Shown here piece after piece: positions 7,914 to 17,739 of a DNA stretch of 64,000 nt. The position numbers and the translations under genes were made by a program. Each line of letters begins with the position of its first letter. Position 1 is the first letter of the stretch. Source of the DNA: a bacterium. GTDB lineage: Bacteria > Electryoneota > JAOADG01. The DNA is taken from contig OY820579.1 in the NCBI GenBank assembly GCA_963681965.1, positions 3,936,001 to 4,000,000 of the forward strand. The letters are read 5' to 3'. The notes beneath the pieces are model-generated. The model saw only the letters and a program-made list of their open reading frames with translations. It made no database searches and was not told the DNA's origin.

Positions 7914-10328
7914 TTAAGGTTTTTGGAGCAGGATCTTCAATCCGGTGGTTGCCAAATCGTCGTCGGATAACGATTGAAAGAGAGGTAATAGTTTCGATTT
8001 GAGATCTTGCGGAAGGGTACTGTCGGAAATACTCTCTTCCGATAATACGACATAACCGGTCGATTTCGCCAATTCGAGGATTTGCGATTTCCGCAATTTA
8101 TTGCTGACGCTATGTGGGTCATCATCTTCGCACGTTAAGAACGACCAATAGTGATATCGTTCCGGTTCGGAATAGACGCGATGATCGACCAGATCGATTT
8201 CGTGATAGGACAATCCGCCCGACGGCTGCATTTTGAAGAGCGTGGCAAATACCTGCGATAAATCGGTACAGTGTTCGAGCACTGCAGTAGAATTGATTAA
8301 ATCGATACTCTCCGACTGATATCGCCCCGGATAACCAGCATCCCCGACTTGATAATGAATCGGAACCGCGGCAATTCCCTGTTCCGGTTTGCCATCTTTC
8401 AATGCCGCTAAATTGAATTCACGAATCCGGCGTTCGTAATCGACTAAATCGATTTCCTCCTGCCACCACTCCTGCGGATGTGCCAATGCCGCAAGCAACT
8501 CGTCGTAGAGCGCTTCGGCTGCGCGTTGTGGTTCAGCATGATCGTCATCGATCGCGTAACAGGTACCGGCACCATTGATAAAGAAGAAGGCGATTGTGCC
8601 GTACGGATGATAATGACCACATCCGAGATCGAGATATTTTTTTCCGGTTATGGAAGTATGGGCATGAAATTGATCGTAGACTTTTTTCGAAACTTTGAGT
8701 ACCCGATCGGGACCGTGCCGCCAGCGCTCCGACACCGATTGCAGGTAGCGTCGGGAAGTGGTAAAGACGGCATCCATCGCATTCCAAGTGAATGGGTGAT
8801 CGCGTTCGGACAACTGTCCGACATAATCCACGATCTGCACCATATTCTCTTCAGTCATCCGATTAACCGGCTTGGGCGTTTGAGGTGCAAACACAATTTC
8901 CGATTCAATGCGGTCGAACAATCGCTCATATTCCGAGAAGTGGTAAACTCGCTCGGATTCGACGATGGGTTCTGCCGGTTGATTCAGTAACTCCTTGACC
9001 AGCGCCAAAGCATTCGCGTGCTCGCGCAGAGGAATATAGGTCGAGAAGGGATAGCACTCGGCAATGGTCTCCGGCGAATCGGGCAAGAACGGTGAACAGA
9101 ACAAACCGATCTTGCGGGTGAACATAGAAGCTTCCATCACCATCGAACCGGGCGATGCCAATATCACATCGGCAACAGAAAAGAGATCGTATTTCCGGTC
9201 GCTGCTAGCAATGAAAGTACGGATACTATCGGCACGGTGATTGGCAATATCTTCGTAACCGGGGTGAGGTCTGATCAGAATCTGGATATCGTCCGAGGAC
9301 TGAATTAATGCGTCGATCAGCCAGTATAGATTCTGATAATCCTGTTTCCCGCTCGTGACAATCAGGACGACACGTTTTCCCGTCAAACGGTATTTATCAC
9401 GGATTTCGGCAATATTCGTGGGATCGGGACGATACAAGCGGAATTCCGACATTCCATTGTGATAGGAATTTTCGATGCGGCAAAGTGGATCGTTTTTGGG
9501 AATTTGACGGGTCGGCATACAAAACAGCGAGTAAAACCGATCCAACGACAGGTGCTCTTCCTGATATCTTTGAACAGGTGGCAGTGGCGGGAACGGTTCA
9601 CTGTTCCCGTAATCTTTATAGGCGTGCTGCACTTGAATCACGCCAAAGGGATTGCGCAGTCCGGCAGTGAATTCAGAGCCTCGACCACCGATGATGGCGC
9701 GCACCTGAAAATTAACCGCCAGTGCCTGCTTCAAAACGATATGCTGAAGAATTCCTTCGAGCGAGAGATAGATTGCAGCCAGATCGCGGGCTTCTTCGAT
9801 CCATTCCGCTGGAAACGGAGTCGCTTGAAATAGCTGACCAATCGCTTGCCGGAATAATCGGGTTGCGGTATCGATTTCATGTTGGGTCGGTTTAACCGTT
9901 TCGAAGAGACATTCGTAGGGAATAGTATTTTGGGCAAATCGACTCAGCAGATACTTACTGTCAACAGCGCCACCGGAAGGTTCTTCCAGAATCAAGAACG
10001 TAGAACCGCGACGCGACAGATATTCAAACAAGTCGAGATAGTGCACCGGCTCGACGATATCGGGATCGGTAGTTCGCATCGACGATTTGATGAAGAAGAG
10101 ATAGTCGTAGGATCGGTCGAGTAGCGCGGCTTTCTTTAAGAAATCGGCGCGCCGCACAGCATCGAAAATACGCGCTGGTCCGGGAACTTGCGGATTAAGT
10201 CGATTGATAAAAAGTTCTTTGGCAACATGGTACCACGGGTACCCGAAATGATCGATTCGATAGAGGTTCGTGTGCTCTTCGATGAATTGGAAGAAATTAC
10301 GCAACCGCTCATACGAATCGATTGCCAT
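7914..10328 (-). CDS. Fusion of a GT-B-like capsule/sialyltransferase-type N-domain and a class I SAM methyltransferase
   Basis: N-half IQVQHAY, LIRPHPGYE, ADVILASPGSMVMEA; C-half YLDLGCG, SIDLINSTAVLEH, YHEIDLVDH; start overlaps the pseB stop. Confidence 0.65.
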   Translation of the reverse strand: MAIDSYERLRNFFQFIEEHTNLYRIDHFGYPWYHVAKELFINRLNPQVPGPARIFDAVRRADFLKKAALLDRSYDYLFFIKSSMRTTDPDIVEPVHYLDLFEYLSRRGSTFLILEEPSGGAVDSKYLLSRFAQNTIPYECLFETVKPTQHEIDTATRLFRQAIGQLFQATPFPAEWIEEARDLAAIYLSLEGILQHIVLKQALAVNFQVRAIIGGRGSEFTAGLRNPFGVIQVQHAYKDYGNSEPFPPLPPVQRYQEEHLSLDRFYSLFCMPTRQIPKNDPLCRIENSYHNGMSEFRLYRPDPTNIAEIRDKYRLTGKRVVLIVTSGKQDYQNLYWLIDALIQSSDDIQILIRPHPGYEDIANHRADSIRTFIASSDRKYDLFSVADVILASPGSMVMEASMFTRKIGLFCSPFLPDSPETIAECYPFSTYIPLREHANALALVKELLNQPAEPIVESERVYHFSEYERLFDRIESEIVFAPQTPKPVNRMTEENMVQIVDYVGQLSERDHPFTWNAMDAVFTTSRRYLQSVSERWRHGPDRVLKVSKKVYDQFHAHTSITGKKYLDLGCGHYHPYGTIAFFFINGAGTCYAIDDDHAEPQRAAEALYDELLAALAHPQEWWQEEIDLVDYERRIREFNLAALKDGKPEQGIAAVPIHYQVGDAGYPGRYQSESIDLINSTAVLEHCTDLSQVFATLFKMQPSGGLSYHEIDLVDHRVYSEPERYHYWSFLTCEDDDPHSVSNKLRKSQILELAKSTGYVVLSEESISDSTLPQDLKSKLLPLFQSLSDDDLATTGLKILLQKP

Positions 10329-11371
10329 TATGCCGCACCTCGCGCAACATGATGCACCTGTTCCGAATGATTGTTGCCAGTTTCCGGTTCGCCGTCCGGT
10401 TCGACCAGATTGCGCAATTCCTCATCGGTCAGCCATTGCGAGTTGAAATCGCTGGTGTAATGAAATCCTTCCGGGCACGGTTTTCCGTTCGACCAATTGA
10501 TCGGTTTCCACCACGGGTATGCCGGTCGAATAACGAACATATCGTCCAATTCGACGGTACTTCGCGCTTCATCTTCGCCGATCAATGCCTCGTGCAATTT
10601 CTCGCCTGGTCGGATACCGATATTTTTGACAGCACATTCCGGAGCGACTGCTCGTGCAAGATCGAGAATCTTCATACTGGGAATTTTCGGAATAAATACT
10701 TCACCGCCGTGCATCTGTTCGACGCAGCGAATGACGAACCGGGCAGCTTGATCCAGTGTCAGCCAGAATCGGGTCATCCGATCGTCCGTCACGGTCACTT
10801 CTCCAGTCAATCGTTGCTGTTTGAAGACCGGAATGACACTTCCGCGACTGCCTACAACGTTGCCGTAGCGAACGCAACTGAGCATCGTTTGACCACCACG
10901 GGCATACGAATTACTCTGGATAAACAGCTTTTCGGCACATAGTTTGGTCGCACCGTAAAGGTTGACCGGGTTGACCGCTTTATCGGTACTCAATGCAATC
11001 ACGCGCTCGACTTGACTGTCAATTGCCGCCTCGATCACATTCTTGCCGCCGATAATATTGGTCAGGATTGCTTCCATCGGATTGTATTCGCATGCCGGAA
11101 CCTGTTTTAACGCAGCCGCGTGGATTACCACCGTGACCCCGTTCATGGCGCGCATCAGACGGTCGCGATCACGGACATCGCCGATAAAATAGCGGATGCG
11201 CGAACCGGTTTCGTCGGAATATAGTTGCCGCATTTCATGTTGTTTTAGTTCGTCACGGCTGAATACGATCAATCGTGCCGGACGATACTCTTCCATCATG
11301 ATTTTCGTCAATTTCTTTCCGAGCGATCCGGTACCACCGGTAATCAACACTTGCGCGGACGACCAATCCAT
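10328..11371 (-). CDS. pseB: UDP-GlcNAc 4,6-dehydratase (inverting)
   Basis: GGTGSLG, FSRDELKQ, HAAALKQVPACEYNP, STDKAVNPVNLYGATK, VRYGNVVGSRGSV, GIRPGEKLHE. Confidence 0.95.
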   Translation of the reverse strand: MDWSSAQVLITGGTGSLGKKLTKIMMEEYRPARLIVFSRDELKQHEMRQLYSDETGSRIRYFIGDVRDRDRLMRAMNGVTVVIHAAALKQVPACEYNPMEAILTNIIGGKNVIEAAIDSQVERVIALSTDKAVNPVNLYGATKLCAEKLFIQSNSYARGGQTMLSCVRYGNVVGSRGSVIPVFKQQRLTGEVTVTDDRMTRFWLTLDQAARFVIRCVEQMHGGEVFIPKIPSMKILDLARAVAPECAVKNIGIRPGEKLHEALIGEDEARSTVELDDMFVIRPAYPWWKPINWSNGKPCPEGFHYTSDFNSQWLTDEELRNLVEPDGEPETGNNHSEQVHHVARGAA

Positions 11372-11429
11372 TGTGAACTCCTACTACATTGCTTTACTAC
11401 ATAACACTCAATCAGACACTGGTCTATTG

Positions 11430-11445
11430 AGCAAATCTCACGCCA
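11430..11445 (-). promoter_or_regulatory. Sigma-54 promoter candidate for pseB
   Basis: Minus strand TGGCGTGAGATTTGCT (GG-N10-GC), about 60 nt upstream of the ATG. Confidence 0.7.
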
Positions 11446-11468
11446 TTCAACAGCTCAAATATTATGGA

Positions 11469-11568
11469 TCTTGAAAACAAGTTGTCATGATTCGGTGTCA
11501 GGCTTCGCCTGACCTGCGGGCGGACGCGGGGGTTCGCCCCTACTATCGATATCAACTTATTAGCAATA
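11469..11568. repeat. 100-bp modular REP element
   Basis: Near-identical to 30204-30303; minus strand reads GTAG+GGGCGAAC..GTCCGCCC hairpin then GCAG+GTCAGGC-GAA-GCCTGAC hairpin. Confidence 0.85.
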
Positions 11569-11585
11569 GATTCTATACCAACGAT

Positions 11586-12644
11586 TCACGCTGATTCGAT
11601 CAAGCTCCAATCCAGCGGTGTACCGCGAGAAATATCACATTTCGCCCGCTTTCCGACGATTTCCGGTAAATTCTTTGGTGGCAGTCCATTACTCGGTCGA
11701 ATTGACCGAATATTTTGGGTGGTAAATTCCGCTCCGGCAGCAATATTTTCCACTACGAACAGTGACCGACGGAACGCGAGACTTGCCCGCTCATCCTCGG
11801 TCGGACCGAAACTTGGTGTTCCGAGCGCTTGCTCCAGATTGCGTATGGTGGAAACCATCTGCTTGAATTCGTGCGGTTCGAGTGAAAAAGCACTGTCGGG
11901 ACCACCATCCGCGCGGGAGAGTGTAAAGTGCTTTTCCAGTACCCGTGCGCCCAGCGTAACGGCAGCTAACGGTACTTCCAGCTCGAGTGAGTGATCGGAC
12001 AATCCGACCAAACAACCGAAACGCTGGTGCAATACCGGTATCGAGCGCAGATTCATCGTTGACGCTCGTGCGGGATAGGCGCTGGTACAGCGCAAAAGCA
12101 CGATATTATCGTTACCAACTGCGAGACACGTGTCGACGGCATCGGCAATCTCTTCGAGGCTCGCCATACCGGTTGATATGATCAAAGGTTTGCCTGTTAG
12201 AGCAGCATGCCGGATCAGCGGGAGATCGACGATTTCGAATGAAGCGATTTTGTGACAGGGTACGTTGAATGATTCGAGGAAATCGACGGCAGTGTGATCG
12301 AATGGCGTTGAGAAAACCGGAATATTGTGCGACTTCCCGATTTGAAAAATATCCCTGTGCCATTCCCACGGGGTATAGGCTTCCCGATACAATTGATAGA
12401 GTGTCTTGCCAGCCCAGATTGTACCGACACCGATCCGGAAACAGTCGTTGTCGCAATCGATCGTTAGTGTGTCGGCGGTATAGGTTTGGATCTTGATCGC
12501 ATCGGCACCAGCTTCCTTTGCCGCGACGATGAGTTTTTCAATCTGATTGAATTCCTGTCGATGATTCGCCGACAATTCGGCGACGATCCAGACGGGATGC
12601 GCTTCACCGATCCAACGGTCAGCGATGGATAATTCGGATTTCAC
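11586..12644 (-). CDS. pseI: Pseudaminic acid synthase
   Basis: AELSANH, KIQTYTADTLT, YTPWEWH, KIASFE, GLSDHS, EKHFTL..GGPDSAFSLEP, C-terminal SAF domain RRSLF. Confidence 0.95.
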   Translation of the reverse strand: MKSELSIADRWIGEAHPVWIVAELSANHRQEFNQIEKLIVAAKEAGADAIKIQTYTADTLTIDCDNDCFRIGVGTIWAGKTLYQLYREAYTPWEWHRDIFQIGKSHNIPVFSTPFDHTAVDFLESFNVPCHKIASFEIVDLPLIRHAALTGKPLIISTGMASLEEIADAVDTCLAVGNDNIVLLRCTSAYPARASTMNLRSIPVLHQRFGCLVGLSDHSLELEVPLAAVTLGARVLEKHFTLSRADGGPDSAFSLEPHEFKQMVSTIRNLEQALGTPSFGPTEDERASLAFRRSLFVVENIAAGAEFTTQNIRSIRPSNGLPPKNLPEIVGKRAKCDISRGTPLDWSLIESA

Positions 12645-13873
12645 TTCGCTCCCTCGCGGGTGTAGATCATCCGGAGTGCTTCCGTACCGCTCAGTTGCTC
12701 GGTGCCATCGGGTACATATCCCGCTTTGGCAAATGCTTTGACAGAAGCGTCATTGTCAGGTTTGATATAGGCGAAAACCGCCTCGATTTCGGGATTATCG
12801 GCAAGGATTCGATCGGAACCGATGCGAATCAACCGTGCACCGACTCCCTTCCCGCGCGCTTCCGGTGCAACGTTCACTGAGATCACGGCTCGTTCGTTTT
12901 CACAATCGAAGCGAACCAATCCGACTTTCTCACCAGTCTCGCGCTCGCCAATAAACATGTGGCTTCCAGAGCAGATTAGTTTGCGTCGAAACCAGGCAAA
13001 ATGAACTTCCCACGGAATGGGATCGGGTGAAAACGAAACACTGCGCGAAACCGGATCATTAGCCCAATTCCAGAGAATCCAAGCATCGTCTTCGATTACA
13101 TCGCGGAGTGAAATCGCTTGACTAGCACTTTTTCCGGTTAGTTCATCAATCGGTTTTTGAGAGATACCACTGTTGATCAACTCCCATTCGGGATGGATCT
13201 GAGTACCCGCCAATACTTCGGTCCAAGTGAATTGGTTCGATCCGAAATAGCGGTAGACTTCCCGCACAAATGCGAAATCTTCGGGGGTATCGACCGTCCA
13301 GCGGTGGTTGGAACAATCGGAATTATGACAGAAATTCCGTTGTGGAAAGCGATCGGGTTGCGACCAGATAAAGGGGGTGACGTGCTCGCGTTGAGCGGTC
13401 TGCGATGCCTGTTCCCATGCGCTCTGCAGCGACTGAAAAGTGAATACTTCGGTATCCAAACCACGCGGGAATGTTCGAATTGGGATCACATTGCTGGCAT
13501 AGACGCAGGTTTCGCGATGATCGATTAGTTGCTCGATGACTTGATCGATCACGACAGGATCAATCAACGGGCAATCGGCGGTGATGCGGACTACGATCGT
13601 TGCTTTGTGTTGAATTGCTGCTTGGTAATAGCGATCCAAAACATCATATTCCGAACCGCGATAACAGGCAATATCTCGCTGCCGGCAAAGCGATTCGACG
13701 GGATCGTCTTTCGGATCGGTGGTGGTGGCAAGTACGATTTCATTCAGCAATTTCGAGCGTCGTACACGCTCTACGACCTGCACCAGCATGGGAATATCGA
13801 GCAACGGCATCAGGATCTTGCCGGGCAACCTCGTACTCCCCATCCGCGCCTGTATGATTGCGACGATCTTCAT
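12641..13873 (-). CDS. SpsF-type cytidylyltransferase fused to a GNAT (PseH-like) acetyltransferase
   Basis: Start revised to ATG 13873 (ATGA overlap with pseC): IIQARMGSTRLPGK, RITADCPLIDP, WTVDTPED; C-terminal WANDP..R..SF, GLVRFD, RGKGVG, NDASVKAFAKAGY. Confidence 0.88.
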   Translation of the reverse strand: MKIVAIIQARMGSTRLPGKILMPLLDIPMLVQVVERVRRSKLLNEIVLATTTDPKDDPVESLCRQRDIACYRGSEYDVLDRYYQAAIQHKATIVVRITADCPLIDPVVIDQVIEQLIDHRETCVYASNVIPIRTFPRGLDTEVFTFQSLQSAWEQASQTAQREHVTPFIWSQPDRFPQRNFCHNSDCSNHRWTVDTPEDFAFVREVYRYFGSNQFTWTEVLAGTQIHPEWELINSGISQKPIDELTGKSASQAISLRDVIEDDAWILWNWANDPVSRSVSFSPDPIPWEVHFAWFRRKLICSGSHMFIGERETGEKVGLVRFDCENERAVISVNVAPEARGKGVGARLIRIGSDRILADNPEIEAVFAYIKPDNDASVKAFAKAGYVPDGTEQLSGTEALRMIYTREGAK

Positions 13874-15123
13874 TTGGCGTAGGCTCCACATACTTTGGCG
13901 ATTGCCGCAATGACATCTTCGCAATCGGCATCGGTCATTTTCGGAAAGAGCGGTAACGTCAAAATCTGTTCGTAGGCAGCTTCCGCTACCGGGCAGAGTC
14001 CGGGGTGTGTTCCATAGGTTTCGCGATAGTATGGGTGCAAATGAACGGGGATATAGTGGACATTTACACCGATGCCTTCGCTGCGCAACGCGCGGAAAAT
14101 TTGTCCACGATCGACGGAAAGTTGCTCAAGCGCTAACTTCACGACATAAAGATGATAAGCGTGGATGCCGTTACTGGTCGTCGATAAGGGCTTTACGAAT
14201 GACGATTTACCGAAAACTTCATTGTACTTTCGCGCCATCAGTCGTCTACGCCAGATCCACATCGGCAGCTTACGCATCTGCTGCACACCAAGCGCTGCCT
14301 GCAAGTCTGACATCCGATAATTAAATCCGAGATCGACAACTTCATAGAACCAATTTCCCGCGGTTTCACGCTGCCGGAAATCGGTGGCGATATTGTGATT
14401 GCGGAATCGTTTCATGCGCGAAGCATATTCGGGGGAATCGGTAACGATCGCACCCCCCTCGCCACTGGTTACAGCTTTCACTGGATGGAAACTGAAGCAG
14501 GTAACATCGGCTAATGTGCCAACCGGATGATGTTGATAAGTGCCACCGATCGAATGACAGGCGTCGGCAATGAGTTTCAATCCGAAGCGGTCGCAGAGAT
14601 CGCGTAAGGCAACGTAATCACATGGTTGCCCGGCATAATCGACAGCGACGATTGCCTTGGTGCGTTTGGTGATGAGCGCCGGAATTTTCGCAGGATCGAT
14701 CAGCAACGTTTCGGGATCGACATCGCAGAAAACCGGTACACCGCCGAGGTAAATCGCCGCATTCGCGGACGCGGCAAAGGTCATCGGGGGTACAATTACT
14801 TCATCGCCGGGTTGGAGATCGATGGCATACATGGCAGCATGGAGCGCTGCAGTACCGCTATTGACGGCGATGGCGTGGCGCGCTTTGGTCGCATTTGTCA
14901 ACTCTTCTTCGAAGGCGCCGATTTGCGGACCGGTAGTCAACCAGTCGGAACGCAAGACATCGACAACGGCTTGGATATCCGCTTCGTCGATCCACTGTTT
15001 GCCGTACGGGAGCAATTCCGTGCGCACGGGATTGCCACCATCGATTGCCAACTGACCCATTGCACCGATTCGATAATTGGATTGTCGATGACGACCGTCA
15101 TCGTACTCTTTTACGGCAAACAT
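13870..15123 (-). CDS. pseC: UDP-4-amino-4,6-dideoxy-N-acetyl-beta-L-altrosamine transaminase
   Basis: LPYGKQWID, LTTGP, DACHS, FSFHPVKAVTSGEGG (PLP Lys), GFNYRMSD, VHYIPVH; start placed at ATG 15123 after GAGG (alternative 15060). Confidence 0.92.
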   Translation of the reverse strand: MFAVKEYDDGRHRQSNYRIGAMGQLAIDGGNPVRTELLPYGKQWIDEADIQAVVDVLRSDWLTTGPQIGAFEEELTNATKARHAIAVNSGTAALHAAMYAIDLQPGDEVIVPPMTFAASANAAIYLGGVPVFCDVDPETLLIDPAKIPALITKRTKAIVAVDYAGQPCDYVALRDLCDRFGLKLIADACHSIGGTYQHHPVGTLADVTCFSFHPVKAVTSGEGGAIVTDSPEYASRMKRFRNHNIATDFRQRETAGNWFYEVVDLGFNYRMSDLQAALGVQQMRKLPMWIWRRRLMARKYNEVFGKSSFVKPLSTTSNGIHAYHLYVVKLALEQLSVDRGQIFRALRSEGIGVNVHYIPVHLHPYYRETYGTHPGLCPVAEAAYEQILTLPLFPKMTDADCEDVIAAIAKVCGAYAK

Positions 15124-15130
15124 ATTCGCC

Positions 15131-16309
15131 TCACTCGGTTGAATGAACTGTTCCATACGCAGTCGGTTCGCCCCAGATCGTATCCTTCACCCATTGACCG
15201 TTCTCGATTCGCCAGACCCGTCGATCGCGAAACGTATCGCAGATCCGGTCGAATTCGGCTTCGGTCATATCGACATATTTTAGCCAGCGGTCGAGGTCGC
15301 GTCGCGATTTTACATGGTCGTATTTGCGCACCATTTCGATCCCCTGCTCGCGGGTCATGATCCCGGCGCGAATATCCTTGCAGGCGTGATCGGTTCCTCG
15401 TCCATAGCCGACTTTGATAAATTTGAGATAGTCGTGAATCCCGTTTTCATGCATATCGTCGAGATTCGACATCCGGCGATAGGTGCGCTCGAACGGCTCT
15501 TGCGCTTCCAACCAGTCGTAATGCTCTTTCACCAATTTCACATGGTCGTTCGCTTCCCACTTCGCGAAATTGCTGAGATAAATTCCGCGGACACCGACAT
15601 CGTCGATTTCATCGTCGGATGGATACTGTGCCCAGAGGAGATCGTGATCGGTCAAGCCTTCGCATAATTCGGGACGACCGAGTTTCTTCAAGCCTTCATC
15701 GGTAAAATCGTACCAGTCGTACCCGCGCAGCGCATGTTCCTTGCGGAATTTGGCGGTGAATTCGACCAGATCCTTATAGGAATACATGCCGCCGAGATCC
15801 ATAAAGCCATGTTCGCCCCACAACATGAGCGGCACTTTGTAGCGCACGGCTACTTGAATCGGAACTGTGAAAATTCCGCAGTGACCGTGCCAATTCATAT
15901 CGCCCTGCAACTTGAAGCAAAGGCGATTCATCTTGATCAGCGTTTTGACGCTCGGACGAACGATGATGTGATCGCAATCGAAAACATCGCGCATCCGGAA
16001 GAGATTGTATTCCCCTTCGGGGGTATAGTTGTTGCCGTGATAGGTTACCAGCAGTGGTTTCAAACCGAGTGAAATCGCGACATGCGTTTGATAATAGGAA
16101 TCCTTGCCACCACTGACTGGAATCAGAATGTCGTATTGGCTCTGCGACCGGTACTCGTTCACAATTTTCCGGAACCATTCCCAGCGCTCGTCCCAATTAA
16201 TTTTGTCCCGCTGATCGGCAGTGCGGCAACCGCTACAAACGCCGAGCTCGTCAAAGAACAGCGGAGTGGCGGATATTGCCGGATAGACACAACGCGAGCA
16301 GTATTGCAT
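15131..16309 (-). CDS. N-acetyl sugar amidotransferase (PseA/WbpG/WbuX family)
   Basis: CSRC..CSGC Zn motif, PP-loop VSGGKDS, WGEHG, HDYLKFIKVGYGR, IRAG.MTRE. Confidence 0.9.
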   Translation of the reverse strand: MQYCSRCVYPAISATPLFFDELGVCSGCRTADQRDKINWDERWEWFRKIVNEYRSQSQYDILIPVSGGKDSYYQTHVAISLGLKPLLVTYHGNNYTPEGEYNLFRMRDVFDCDHIIVRPSVKTLIKMNRLCFKLQGDMNWHGHCGIFTVPIQVAVRYKVPLMLWGEHGFMDLGGMYSYKDLVEFTAKFRKEHALRGYDWYDFTDEGLKKLGRPELCEGLTDHDLLWAQYPSDDEIDDVGVRGIYLSNFAKWEANDHVKLVKEHYDWLEAQEPFERTYRRMSNLDDMHENGIHDYLKFIKVGYGRGTDHACKDIRAGIMTREQGIEMVRKYDHVKSRRDLDRWLKYVDMTEAEFDRICDTFRDRRVWRIENGQWVKDTIWGEPTAYGTVHSTE

Positions 16310-16312
16310 GGA

Positions 16313-17113
16313 TTATCCTTTCACAATCGGGCGAACATCGATCCCGGCTTTCGCCATGGCGCGTTTGCCACTGCGATCGGTGAGTTCCTTGAAATGCCAG
16401 ATATTGGCAGCCGCAACGGCAGAAGCACCGGCTTTGATACCCTCGACATAGTGTTCGAACTGACCGACACCACCGAGCGCAATCACAGGAATTTTCGTCA
16501 CCGCAGTTACTTCGGCGATCAAATCACAATCGTAACCATTCCCTTCGCCATCGCGATCGATACTTTGCAGTAAGATTTCTCCAGCACCGAGATCTTCGAC
16601 CCGTTTTGCCAATTCCATGGGAGAGCATCCGACTGGTGTCTTGCCCCATTCGATAAACGCATCCCAACTATGAATCGCATTTCTACGTGCATCGATACAG
16701 ACGACGACTGCCTGATTGCCGAAGGTTTTCGCACATTCAGTGATTAACTCGGGCTGAGTAACAGCGGCAGTATTTAAAGTGATTTTATCAGCTCCGGAAT
16801 TGATGCGCACGCGAGCATCATCGAGTGATCGAATCCGCCCACCCCACGTCAGCGGCATGAAACAGCTCTTGCTCACTTGCTCGAGAATCGCCAGTGAATT
16901 GTCGAGGTTTTTGATTTTCGCATCGTCGCGACGAAGATCGTATGTATCGTCGGTGGAAATATCGATGTAAATCAGCTCGTCGACATTCCACTCGTTAAAT
17001 CGCTCGACTTCGTGAATGGGATTGCCGAGACCCTGATGGATCGAGAATGCTTCACTCCGCACCAGCAGACCATTCTTCAATAACAGAACCGGAATCAGGC
17101 GTTTCTTCAGCAT
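16313..17113 (-). CDS. HisF-like cyclase paralogue (WbuZ/AglZ type)
   Basis: MLKKRLIPVLL, VDELIYIDI, CFMPLTWGGRI, GAGEILLQSIDRDG; located in a sugar locus. Confidence 0.88.
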   Translation of the reverse strand: MLKKRLIPVLLLKNGLLVRSEAFSIHQGLGNPIHEVERFNEWNVDELIYIDISTDDTYDLRRDDAKIKNLDNSLAILEQVSKSCFMPLTWGGRIRSLDDARVRINSGADKITLNTAAVTQPELITECAKTFGNQAVVVCIDARRNAIHSWDAFIEWGKTPVGCSPMELAKRVEDLGAGEILLQSIDRDGEGNGYDCDLIAEVTAVTKIPVIALGGVGQFEHYVEGIKAGASAVAAANIWHFKELTDRSGKRAMAKAGIDVRPIVKG

Positions 17114-17739
17114 CGGAGATCTCCTTTAGTGAGGAAATTCTTCAGCACGCGCAATCCGGCATGTTGACTTTTTTCGGGATGAAATTGAACTGCGGCGATA
17201 TTGTCCTGTTGTAGCGCGGAGGCAAACACGATGCCGTATTCAGTGGTACCGACAATAACTTCGGGATCTTCCGGTATAACGATGTAGCTATGAACAAAAT
17301 AAAACGAGGATCGATCGGGAATTCCGGTGAATAACCAATTGTTGTTCCGGATCTCGACATCGTTCCAGCCGATATGCGGTATGCGGAGGGATTGATCGGC
17401 ACATTCAATTCGTACCACTGATCCGGGGATCCAGCCGAGTCCTTGATGAGTGCCGTATTCGGTACCGGTGGTGGCGAGCAGTTGCATCCCGAGACAAATT
17501 CCGATGAATGGTTTGCGATCGACGATGACATTGCGCTCGAGCGCTTCGAGATATCCACGCTCCCGTAAGTTGTGCATGGCATCGCCAAATGCACCAACGC
17601 CCGGCAGAATAATTTTATCCGCTTGATCCAACTCATTCGGATCATGGACAATCATTGCTTCGAAACCGAGTCGCTCGACTGCATTTGCGACCGAGCGTAA
17701 ATTCCCCATTCCGTATTCAATGATTGCTACCGGTTTCAT
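17107..17739 (-). CDS. HisH-like glutamine amidotransferase (WbuY type)
   Basis: YGMGNLRSV, LPGVGAF, GICLGMQ, PHIGWN, YFVHSY, QFHPEKS. Confidence 0.92.
   Translation of the reverse strand: MKPVAIIEYGMGNLRSVANAVERLGFEAMIVHDPNELDQADKIILPGVGAFGDAMHNLRERGYLEALERNVIVDRKPFIGICLGMQLLATTGTEYGTHQGLGWIPGSVVRIECADQSLRIPHIGWNDVEIRNNNWLFTGIPDRSSFYFVHSYIVIPEDPEVIVGTTEYGIVFASALQQDNIAAVQFHPEKSQHAGLRVLKNFLTKGDLRC

Noticed and set aside
16313-17739. Histidine biosynthesis genes hisF/hisH
   Set aside because: Embedded in the sugar locus beside an N-acetyl sugar amidotransferase with no other his genes; this fits WbuY/WbuZ-type paralogues.
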